Source: the human T2T-CHM13v2.0 reference genome, Homo sapiens
Direction: 5' to 3' (one strand)
Length of the DNA: 64,000 nt
Assembly: GCF_009914755.1 (NCBI RefSeq)
Contig: NC_060933.1
Under the pieces are notes generated by a model, which saw nothing but the letters and a program-made list of their open reading frames with translations, was not told where the DNA came from and did no database searches. The position numbers and the translations under genes were made by a program. Shown piece after piece: positions 52,015 to 64,000 of this stretch. Position 1 is the first letter of the stretch, and each line of letters opens with the position of its first letter.

Positions 52015-54527
52015 ACAGACAATGTCAGGCACTTTATTACATGTAGTAAAGTTGACATGACTCTTAATCCTACTAACAACCCTAGGAGATAGATTCTGTT
52101 ATTATTACCATTTCATGATTTAGGAAGCTGAGAATCAGAGAGGTTAGTGGCTGGGGTTGAAATTCAAGTAGTACAGTGTAAGAGCCTTTGCTTCTCCTAG
52201 AGGCTCTGTAAAGGTCTGTTGAATAACTGAGTAGACGATAGATTGATTGCAATATAGTTCCTCTGTTGCCTTTTTGAAGTGTTAGTTTAGTAAGCAACCA
52301 CAGAGAAATTATTATCTACTAGAGATGGGAATAGGAACGGTTTCCTAAATCAGGGTTGGCCAATAGTCTTTAGTTCAAACTAAAAGCCATCACTTCTGCA
52401 ACATTATGTGTCAAGCATGAGCTATATGACATGAAAGATAAAGTGATGTAGCAAATGTATTCATAATTCAGCAATATGAGATTATGAGAAGGAGCATATT
52501 CCTGTGCACTCACTCTGAGGTCAAAGGAGACACCCATTTTCCTCTTGAGGGAAATAGTGAGAGGTGTTTACCTGAAGGCCCCTGGTTTGTGCTCCCCCAT
52601 AGCTGGGGAGAGGGAGCTGCTGCCGCCCTTTCCAGTAGGAGTTGTATATTCTATAATGTCCTTATCACAATTCCTTTAAGGGCCTCCAGCACTTTGGAAG
52701 CATAGAAAAAAGAAACAACATTCCTGCATCGTGGGGCCATTGACGAATAAGAATGTTTATAAGAAGGCAAGCATCTTTGCACTCTATACATTTCCAAATC
52801 TTTTAGAAACATATCTAAGAACTTCTTAGTTCCCCTCCATGGTTACTGGATCTACAAACTTGGAATTTCCCCATTGGCCCTCTGATTGTATTTGGAGTCT
52901 GTTCTTCATCTTGTGGATCCTCTGGGCTCTGTCTTGAACTGTTGGAACATTTTGCTCCCACAGCTATTGGAAGTGACCCATTAAGGTAGCCAGAGTCAGT
53001 CACTCAGCATCTTAATGGCAAGACCAAAAGGGGTGAAAGAAATAGAAGTCACGGTTAGTAAGCGACTGACCTCATTCTGCAGGAATTCTTTCTGGAAAGA
53101 GAGCAGTAGAATGTTGTGACAGGCAGTAAGTCATCTGTAAGAATGTTTACCGTGGAATTCTAGCAAAAGAAATGGCTCAAGAAACTTCCTGGGTAACACA
53201 AATAGAGTCTGCTCAGAGGCCCCAAAAGAGAGTGACTGGAAAACTTTAGCCTTGTGAGGGAGGCTGTCTACTCCAGTGTTGGAGTCAGCTGGAGGTGCAG
53301 CAGCACTTGAGCTATCCAAACTGCTAGGATGTTGTTAATAAAAGAACCTTCTCATTCTCGAGTCAACATGGCTAAAACAGCCAGCCATGAGATGTATGGG
53401 AAAGAAGTGCAGAGCAAGTTGTTATTTATTGAATGTGTAGTTAGGAATTACTATTTCCATTTCATGGAGGCTTAAGTAGATTGAGAAATTTGTCTGAGTT
53501 CACAAAGTTTGTTAAGTTTCAGACTCTGGGTTTAGACCCATGTGTTTCTGACTCCAAATCCTGCATGGTTGGCTTTTGTGAGAGCAAGGTTACACACTGT
53601 ACACATTTTTTTTCCTCCATTGCACCATTCACTGTCCTAGGTATATAGAATCCTGGAACACAGGATTGGAAGGACCTTTAGGCATCCCATGGTCTAATCT
53701 TCTCATGGTACAGATGAGAATGGGCTCAGAGAAGGGAAGGGCCTTGCTCAGACTCACACAAAGGCTAGGGCCAGAATAGATGGTGCCTGACTCTCAGTTC
53801 AGGATGCTTATTCTGACAAGGCCCGTCACTTCACATGGATATTTAATGTATTTTGCTAGTTGGTTAAAAATAATGTAATGTATGGCAGAACCATCTCTCT
53901 TTCTTCAAGGTAAGCCATTGCTAAGTCTCGAGTCCTTTTTTGTCCCACAGCTCCTTTTTTCATTGATTATTATCATTTGGTCTATAAAGCCTTTCACCTT
54001 CATTTCAGTGAACAATACTGCTGTGGGAGACACTGGAGATGCAAAGATAAATCAGTCCTGGTTCATGAGCTTCAGGAACTTAGGAGCAGTTTGGAGAGTC
54101 AGATATGAGAACAGCTTGTTTTCATACATTATTACACAATCATATGTAATATATAGCTGGGGGGATATAGAAGTGAATATGAGAAGACCTACCCCAACCT
54201 GGGAAATTAGAGGAGTCTTCCTGTCTTCCTGGAGGATTAATTGATTAAAGTGACTCATTATTTCATTCCTACAACAAATATTTAGCAGACACCTCTTCTG
54301 TGTCAGATACTCTTCCAGTTATTAAGGGATGCAGCACTAAGAAAGCAAAAATATTCCTCACCTTCATGGGAGAAATGCAACAAGTGTAACTAAACAAAAT
54401 ATTACTCAAGTTTGCAGCAGTGACAGGCCCATAACAAGGCAAAGGTCTACAGACTAATATTGGGTTGAAGATTTATTTTTACAAGGGTGGCCAGGGAAGG
54501 CCTCTTCAAGGGGAAGTCTTTTGATCA

Positions 54528-54866
<339 letters not shown>

Positions 54867-56511
54867 TTATTGAGGTTACTGCAGGAGGAGATGGAGATAC
54901 AGACATAGACAATGACCAGATTGCAGATGTTGTGCAAGTCACAGGTGAGTAGGTCTTGTCAATAATTTCCCTCCTGGTCAGCATTGCTGGCAATACTATG
55001 GCATCATGCATAGAGAAAGAAAAAGCTAATAGCAAATGAATCACTCTGATCATGCATCTTGAGATGTTGCCATGGATTACAATTAATGCGTTCCTATCCA
55101 CAAGGCCAGATTCCCTCAAAGCATCTTTTTGGGAAATGCAGCGAGCTCTCCTGGCCCCAGCACTCCCACCCACCCCATCACACACCCTACATTCATCATC
55201 TCTTTCTCTGTTTCTTTGTCATGTTGCTAACATCCCTTGATGGAGATGGTGCAACTCCAAGTAAAACTGTCTCCATAAATATTTAGACTGAATAGAAAAT
55301 GTGCCAAAGATGCAAATAATCTGTCCAGAGGGAGAAGAGACCTTTCTCTTTGTTGTTTTCTTCAGGCTTGTAATTTAATTCGTGGATACATGTCTTTGAA
55401 TAATACATAACTATCAATTTACCTAAAAGAGTCCCATAGAAACCTTAGCCTCTTCATCCTTCTGCCATGCCCCTCATGGCATTTTCTTCTTACGCTGGAG
55501 TATACATTTCTCTGCTTTTCTTTTATCCCTTTCTTTCTTCTTTATTCCCATGTTTTTGATCACATACTGTGTGTCAGCCTCTGTTAAGCTCATCTGTGCA
55601 GAGTCTATACTCACTGCCTGTCCTCCTCTCATAGTCACTTGTCAATTCATTTTCATTAGCCTTCTCCCTCCACCCTCCTTTCCTGAGTCTGTTCCCACTG
55701 AGGTCAACCCAGTGTTCATATTACTGAACCCAGTGGCCATCTTTCTGTTTCTTCTTTTACCAGACCTCTTCACTGAACTAGATAATGTTAATTAGTCCTG
55801 GCTGGAGCGCAAGTCTCCTTTGACATCTATTTGCACTGTTCCTCTGCTTGAACCACTCTGTCTATTCCTTCTCTGTCCCTTAAATTTTTGGCTTCTTGTG
55901 GGTTGGGTTTTTGGTATTCTTCTTTGTCTAGCACCACCCTTGCTTGCCATCGTGCCCTCATTCAGGCCTGGGCTTTGACTTGAATAGCTTCTGAATCTCT
56001 ATGCTCTGCCTGTATTGGATAGCTGGCAGGCTATGGGCATGGGCTGCTAGGTACCAGACAACTCACACTCTCATCTGATAAGTGGGTTTTAATGTGACCC
56101 TTGTTGTACCTCCTTATTTCTATTTCAGTCTCACTTACTGCTTCCTCTTTATCTGTTTTCAAGTCTTCCTACTAGATATTTCCTTAAGAAGGCAGAGAAA
56201 CCGTGCTCTCTTAGTAATTGCACAATTGAAATTATTCCTCTTGAATATTTGATGATGACATATTTTGACTTGATATAGCTTTTTCAATCTTACAGGAATT
56301 CTAAAGCTGGAGGAATGTTTAAACTCCTTCCAGCTGCCAGTTTCACGTAAAGAACTCTTTTCTAAACCTGGGGATATGAGGGACTCTTACATTCTCCTTT
56401 AATCAAATCAATTTAGGCTGAAAAGAAGGCCAAGTTGACAGCCAGCATTTCACTGCTGGCTGTGTATCCATATACGTATGTATGGATGCTTAGAAAAGTG
56501 GAATGCTAGTG

Positions 56512-56556
56512 ATATATATATATATGCATATATCTATACATATATCTATATATATA
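56512..56556. repeat. (TA)n-rich microsatellite
   Basis: Direct reading. Confidence 0.9.
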
Positions 56557-57389
56557 GACATATTTCTGCTTTACTAGGTGAGAAGAGTTGCTTGATTTTA
56601 AGGGCTCTCAATCAACAGGCACCAAATGAACTTACAGCTTGCAAAAATATAAAGCGCTCAAGGCCGTACAGACAAAGGTAAGGGGGCACAGACCTTTCAG
56701 TTGTCTACAGGTATTATCATCTGAAATTGACATACGAAGAAAGAAGGTCAGAGAAGAAATGTGACATGCCCAAGGCAATCCAACTGAAAAAATAGCCAAT
56801 GTGGACAATAATCCCAGTTTATAGCTTCTAGTGCAATGACTTTTGCCAGCACCCAGCATATCAGAAGATAAACCCACTGACTTTCTTTAGTGAAGATTGC
56901 AAATTGTTTAAATCAGAGCATGTGTGCAAAGTCCAGGGTACTATCTAATTCAACACTTCTGTAATTTGAAAGCTAATAATTATAAGAATTATTGTCCTTG
57001 TCCAACTGTTCCTTATACTATTTCATTGTTGGTTAATACATTGAAAATTACGAAACCTTATTTTTGATTGGAAGAGTGGTATAACTTCTCTTAGGAATTA
57101 TACTACTAGTATCCTAGTGAATTATGAATTCCTACACTTAAGGAAGCACAATTATAATAGCATTGTTTTTCTTTACTTTTGCCAATAAATCAGTAAGTAC
57201 TGCATGACTACATTCTGCTAAAACTTAATAGTTGATGTGGAAGGGAACTTACTCCTTATTCCATATAGAGACACTGTAGAGTCCCTGGAAATGCTGGCTC
57301 TCCTCCCTCTTCTCATCTGCCCCCAGCAGGGGAGAAATGAGTTTATGTATTCAATTGATGAGTTTTGGAGCTGCTGAATATACTTAGCT

Positions 57390-57573
57390 CAATGTTCTTA
57401 TTGTGGTCTCCGGACTAGCAGCATTAATAGCGTGAAGCAACGTGTTAGAAATGCAGATTCTCAGGCCCCACTCCAGGCTCCTGAACCAGAAACTCTGGAG
57501 ATGGGCCCAGCCATCTGTGTGTTAACAAGCCCACCATATGGTCCTGATGACCATTTGAGTTTGAGAACCACTA
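57390..57573. mobile_element. MER5A hAT-Charlie element
   Basis: TGTTAGAAATGCAGATTCTCAGGCCCCAC...AGAAACTCTGG...GTTTGAGAACCACT. Confidence 0.85.
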
Positions 57574-59070
57574 GTTAGCTGGTTCCTTCATCCTCTGTGG
57601 ACCTGCCTGCTCACAGAGAGGCTGTGTCTGTTTTCTGCCTTGTGGTTAAAAAAAGGGTCTGCCTGTTGGAGTTGGGGAAGGACATGCAGCTATGCAGTGC
57701 TGTCCTTGAATAGGTGTTCCTGTATGCTAATTTCAGGTGCACTGTTGGAAAGCCCATGATTTCAGATACCTAAACCATGTTCTCCAACCAAACCTTATCT
57801 AATGAAGATGACATTTTAATTCCCTTGTTTAAATATGACTCTAATTTCAAAGTAGGAAGTTGGTTCTGACTTTGTGGGTGAGAAGAGGATATGGTGTCTA
57901 AACATGGGCCCCTTAAAACCACCATAATAGCCAATTACTTATTCTTTATGGCCATATGTCAGGTATATTTTAAAGTTGGAAGGAGCTTTGGAGTGGTCTA
58001 GCTGACTTTATAGCTGCTGGCAACTGAAGTCCAGAAATGGGAAGGCATTTTCTCAAAGTCACTCAGAAAGTAACTGGAGATAGCAGGCTCCCAGTCCTGG
58101 GCTCAGACCCACACATCCAGCCAACATAACCATGGTGCACTTTAACCAATTCCAAGTTGAAACAGAGGAAATGCATATTTGGAGCAATTTATCTCATCAC
58201 ATTAAAGATTTCCTAATTTACATTTCTGCCCGGTAATCATGGATGCCTCTGTATCTACCCCATGGTCCCCTGGTGAATATGGCCTCTCTCAATGTCAGGT
58301 CCTTGTATTCCTGCCCTAGCTTCTTGCATCCACCTTCCTTGACAGGAACTGAAAATGAATTGCAGCTGTTCATCATCTCTATGGAGGGGACCAATTTCTT
58401 ACTCCTAAACTGAGCTCATCCCAGGGAAAACACATAGGGCAATGAGGAATTCCTCTTAACTATGACACTAAACTACCCCTTGTTTTTTTTTAGTCGTTTA
58501 TATTTTCAGTCTACAGTCTAATTATTTCTCCAAATTGGGTTACTTGATCACCTGCCAAAGACAGTTTCTATTCATTAACAAATCTTGGCCTTCAGAATTA
58601 TATTTTCACCAATCTAATTTTCATTGGCATTATGCTTTTCTGTTTTCTGACTCCTCTTATCGGTTGTCTACTTGTATGCATTTTTCATGTTCAAAAGTTT
58701 CATAGCAGCTCCTCCTCACTTTGATGCTAGGGACCAACCAATTTATCTCTACTTTTATGGCTTGATATTGCCAGCTAATCTTTATTGTGTAATTACTATA
58801 GCCAGAAAAAATGTTAAGTGTTTTATATGTTAGCTTAACTGATTCTCACTGCAATCTATGAAGCAGGTACTGTTATAATTTCTATTTTTTAGATGAACAA
58901 CTGAGACACAGTGAAGCTATGTAACCTTTCTAAGATTACCCAACTAGTAAGTGGTGGAGTCAACATCTGAGCTTTGGTTATCTGAGCCCATAAATTGCCC
59001 GTTAGCCCTGCGTTATACTATGATCATGCACAGGGGTCTGGAAAATGCCTTGATGTTATACTTTCCTTCT

Positions 59071-59072
<2 letters not shown>

Positions 59073-59105
<33 letters not shown>

Positions 59106-59385
59106 ACAGAGTCTCGCACTGTCACCTGGGCTGGAGTGCAGTGACGCGATCTTGGCTCACTATAACCTCCGCCTCCTGGGTTCACGTGATTTTCCTGCCT
59201 CAGCCTCCCAAGTAGCTGGGATTACAGGCACCTGCCACCAAACCTGGCTGATTTTTTTTTTATTTTTAGTAGAGACAGGGTTTCACTATGTTGGCCAGAC
59301 TGGTCTCGAACTCCTGACCTCGTGATCCGCCCACCTCAGCCTCCCAAAGTGCTGGGATTACAGGCATGAGCCACCGTGCCCGGTC
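59073..59385 (-). mobile_element. AluS (Sg-lineage), full length
   Basis: Antisense Alu with CACTATGTTGGCCAGACTGG and CTCGTGATC; TSD TATACTTTCCYTCTT at 59057-59071 and 59386-59400. Confidence 0.95.
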
Positions 59386-60149
59386 TATACTTTCCCTCTT
59401 GAAACACCATTCCTTTCTTTGTTCAGGATCTACTGTGGCAAGCATTTGAGCTCAGGTCATGGGTCTCCAAAGCCATTTTACACAATGATACGTGTGATGG
59501 TTTTCTGGGATGGCCCAGCTAGCAGGTGGGGGAGGGATCACTGAGGTAGGGGACAGTGTAATTGACAGGCTTCATAGAAGCTAAGCAAGGGACACATTTA
59601 GTTCAAGTTCAGTGGCAAGGGGAAAAAAACTAATGATTGGGAGATGCTTAGGTGTTTTCTAGTAGTGTACAACAACTAAAACTTATCCCCATAGACAACT
59701 CTTGGGTCTGAAGATACCCAGCAATACAGAGTATGTGGTAGACCCTGGAGATCCTGCTGCTCACCCTGTGTTCCAGATTGGCCCCAGGTCATAGGAAGGT
59801 CCCTGGAAGTCCACAGAAAGGATTCTCAAGTTCTGGTAGGGGGAAATTTCAAATGTATGCAACCCATAGAAAATGGATTCTTTGGGGACACCTACAGAAA
59901 TCAAAGATCTAGGCAGAATTTGTTCCTAGGATCTAAGAATTGTAGGGTTAATAAAACTAGCTGTTTATAGAAAATTTATGTAACTTGTTTTACTGATCCA
60001 GGCAGAATGGATCCAGAGTTTGTGTTCTGGCATACAGACTAAACTTTAGGAGGGATATAATGACTGAGTTGAATCTTGAAATGTTAGTAGGAGGTAGACA
60101 ATGCAGGAAGATGGTAAAGGTTGATGTTCCAAAAATGAACAACTTATTT

Positions 60150-60535
60150 CCTGGTATCAGTTAGGATGTGTTTGGTTGCCACTGACAGAAAAATCTGACT
60201 AGCAATGGGTAAAACAACTCTGAGTTTATTTTTTCACTTATTAAGAAATCTGGCCCTAACAATATCAACTAATATCAAAGTTGGTATCTGTATTTGATTT
60301 GATTTTTCATGAGCATCTCATTTGGCAGTCACAGTTTTGGACATTTCACTCAAATCAGGAGGAAGGGGGATGAGTGGCATTACCTACACGCAATCCTCTT
60401 TATCAGAAAAGGAAAAGTTTTTTTCAAAATACCCAGAAAATTTCCACTTGTTCAGGCTCAAATAATGTAGCCATTTCTGGTTGCTTTTCCAGATTCTAAG
60501 GACTGTGTGTTAAGTTAGGTTAGCCAACTGACAGT
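60150..60535 (-). mobile_element. Old MaLR LTR (MLT1K/L-like)
   Basis: TATCAGTTAGGATGTGTTTGGTTGC...ACAGAAAAATCTGACT start. Confidence 0.55.
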
Positions 60536-60911
60536 CTTCCATCACCCCTGCCATCCCGGAAGATTTATGAATTCAGAGTTGGTGTTTGCTCTTTGTTTAT
60601 TTCTTCTTAGTAGAGAGCACAGTGTCATGCCCAAAGAAGGGATAACACAAAACATTCATTGCAAGAATAAATAAATTCAGTTAATCTCAAAAGGCATTTA
60701 TTATGCAGTGTGACCTGCATGCCAGGAACTGTATAGGTACAGATCAAGGAACATAGAGCCCAGGGACTGGTGAACAGATACTCAACATATACATGTTCCA
60801 ATATGCCATGGTACATGTTAGGACATAGAAACACATAGGGGCTTTTCAAGGGAACCCAGAGTGGGAACACACGGCCCATGTTAGAGGGCTGAAGAAGGAG
60901 GACAAAAAGGG

Positions 60912-61300
60912 AGTCAGTCAGGATAGTTTCAATTATGCTTAGGTAACAAATGATCCCTAAACCTTAATGTGCAGCTACAACTTTCAACTCCCTACTGTGC
61001 TATGTGGCCATGTTGCTTAGCTGTGGCTCTGTTCCACTTCAGTCTCTGCCTAGGGCCCAAGCTGACTGAGCAGCCTCTATCTGGAACTCTGTCAGATGGA
61101 CCAGAGAATATAGCAACCACACATTGGCTCTTAGAAGCATCTTCCTAGAAGTGACACACATCACTTCTGCTTATGCTTCCTTGGCCAAAACAAGTCTTGT
61201 GACTCTACCAGAATTGAACAGGATGAAGGTATATAATCCTCCATGTGAGGGGCACAGGATAGAGGCACAGGATAGGTGAGCAGTAATATCATCTCCTACA
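60912..61300 (-). mobile_element. Old MaLR LTR (MLT1I/J-like)
   Basis: GTCAGTCAGGATAG...GGTAACAAA...GAAGTGACACACATCACTTCTGCT...TTGGCCAAAACAAGTC. Confidence 0.7.
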
Positions 61301-62122
61301 AACAGCAAGGACAGGGCCTAACTGGCGGTGCTCTCTGCTCCTTCTGGTTTACCTCCCCGTCTTTCTCCTTTCACTAGTGACCAGCTGTCAACCTCACTTA
61401 GTGTGGGAGAGCTGTGAGCTGGGCTGAGTCGCCGGGGATGAGTTGGAGGAGCCAGGAGACTGACTTCATCTCCACCTGGTCCAGGAAGGGAGACTGAGGG
61501 AAGGGGCCTGGATCCAGAGCTGGAAAGATCTTGGCAGGATGTGGCTTTTTAGGAGGTAGAAAGATGGATTTCACCATCTGTCTCTTTCCTAATGTTTGGA
61601 GGGGTGTTCTCCCGGGATATAGAGGCTGGTGGCCCAGATTTCTGAGACATCTTTGTCAGCCAGCACTGGCTCAGCACATATCAATTGTGAAGATCAACTC
61701 CTGGCAAGTGTGGAGTTTGGCATCTACAGGGGCCAGTAGGGGAGTGAACCAGGGATAGGGACCATGACCAGAATCCTTACTTGTTGTCAGTGGAAATAAA
61801 CACGCATAAATTTGTCTTTAGCACACGAAGACCCAGGATAAGACCCGTTCGACCTGCCTATATGGAGCCTTGGGTGAGAGATCATCTTAGATTTTTCTGC
61901 CACCTTAAGGTATTTCAAACTCCCTTATCTTAACCCTGCCTGCCAGCTGTGTTTGTGGACCCTGCATTCAAATCCTCCTTTAAAATGCTATTTGGAAAAT
62001 AAGCTTTAAGATCAACTGTTTTTAAGATACAAACTCAGGCTTCTGTCTGTAGGCACCAAAAATCATGCCCTGGACTTCTAGCATCAAGGTAGTTAGAATA
62101 CCTGTTAAGAATACATGGAATT

Positions 62123-62423
<301 letters not shown>

Positions 62424-63857
62424 CATGAAATTTAGTTTTATTTCTGGCTCTGAAGCTTTCTTGGACCATCAGGCACTCATTAACTTCTCTGAGTCTCATT
62501 TTTCCCATCTGTTGAATGGAGATGCTGATCATAGCTCTCCTGCTTACCTTAAAGGACTACTGGGGGAATTCAGTGAGAGCCTTTACTTACTGAACATCTA
62601 CTGTAAAGTAGACATTGGCTTTAAGACAAGTGGGAACACATTGTCATTTATAAGATTTATGTAAAGTAAATAAAAGAAATTTTTATTGTTGTAGTTATTC
62701 TATTGGAGAAAATTAAAGTTGGGTATACAATCACGGACTGTACCTGATTAATTCTTGCATCTGATTCTTATGCCTCTGTCTTCAGAATATTTGTAATAAT
62801 CTACAATTGTCCATTTTGGACTGTGAATCTTTTGAAGTTGAAATTACCTTTTCTTAGGTTGGCAGTGTTTCTCACCTGGATTATGGCAGTATCCTCTTAT
62901 CTTGCCTCTCTGCCCTCAGTCTCAGCTGCTCCAATCCATTCTATGCATAGCAGACAACTATAAAGATATTTCACTTCTGCTGAAAATCCTTCCATTGCTT
63001 TATGCTCTTCTGAGACATCTACTTTTTTAGACTCTCTTTAGAGAATCTTTAAATCCTAGCCTCTGATAGTTTCTCCAGGCATATCTCTCAACACATCTCT
63101 TCCTACCCCACTAATACAGTCATGTGCATTCCCACAGAGAAGCCCAAAATCAATATTGGAGTCTCTCTGAAATACCTGAATCCTTAATGAGGTCCCAGCA
63201 CCTTGGACCTTTGCATAGTTTTGGCTAGAACATCTTTGTTCCTGTGACTTCCCACTTAGGTTCAACTCCAAAATATCTCTCAGATTTCAACTTGAAAGTC
63301 CCTTCACTTCCTCTGGGGAATCTTGCATGATATTCCTTTTTTCCTTTTTCCTTCCTAGCTCATTATCAAACCTGACATCTAGTAATTGTAGTTGCTATTA
63401 GGCAGTGTCTGTTTCATTTTTAGGTGGTTACTAGACTTTGAGCTCTTTGAAGACAGGGATTGAGTCTCACTCATATTCTCTTTTCTTGAATTCTTTCCTT
63501 TCTTCCATAAATAGTACGTGATTTTCCACTTTGGGCCAGGCACAGTATTCTTAACGTGCTCATATCTTCATGCCTAATATGGTGCCTGGTACAAAGCAAG
63601 CAATAAACATGAATGATGGAATGAGTCAACCAGTGAATCAAAGGTTTAGTTCAAACAAGTTAAGCCCTCCCTATGGTCTAGGAGCTTCGAGAGGATCAAC
63701 ACCTTTTCTAACTTTTGCTTTTTACCATATTCTAGTTCCTTTTTTGTTTCACCCTCTGACAGAGAGAAGCTGAGTGGGAACAGGCTGCCACATTTTTGTA
63801 GGATATATCATCCAACTGGTGAATCACCCAGGCCCTTGATTTGGCTTACTATTTAAC

Positions 63858-64000
63858 TTTTTTTTTTTTCTTTTTTTTTTTTAGATGGGCTGTCACTCTG
63901 TCAACCTAGGCTAGAGTGCAGTGGTGCAACTTTGGCCTGCTGCAGCTTCAACCTCATGTGCTCAAGCAATCCTGCTACCTCAGCCTCCAGAGTATGGGAC
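63858..64000 (-). mobile_element. AluJ-like, cut by window end
   Basis: Poly-T followed by GAGTGCAGTGG...TGCAGCTTCAACCTC...GCTCAAGCAATCC. Confidence 0.85.

Overview
Human/primate genomic DNA rich in Alu, MIR, L2, MaLR and MER elements, with no protein-coding exon I can support. I recognise it as the 5' end of TNC (tenascin-C, 9q33), transcribed on the minus strand. Its non-coding exon 1 lies at ~24290-24468, the TATA box at 24488-24494, and a CpG-rich promoter surrounds both. Positions 1-24289 are TNC intron 1; the ATG-containing exon 2 lies left of the window. The ~39.5 kb to the right is upstream sequence that probably includes the first exon of the divergent plus-strand lncRNA DELEC1/DEC1 (donor at 48174; identification from recalled gene order, low confidence). 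All ORFs in the supplied track look spurious (repeat-derived, low-complexity or random). I found no new coding or biochemical system. The best leads are regulatory or structural: five NF-kB consensus sites within 1.8 kb of intron 1, a G-quadruplex motif overlapping the promoter kB/GC box, candidate distal enhancers at about -3.2, -5 and -18 kb, a perfect 13-bp inverted repeat, an AluYd-type insertion, and a ~625-bp polypyrimidine tract inside a MIR. Repeat subfamily names and boundaries were assigned by eye and are approximate.
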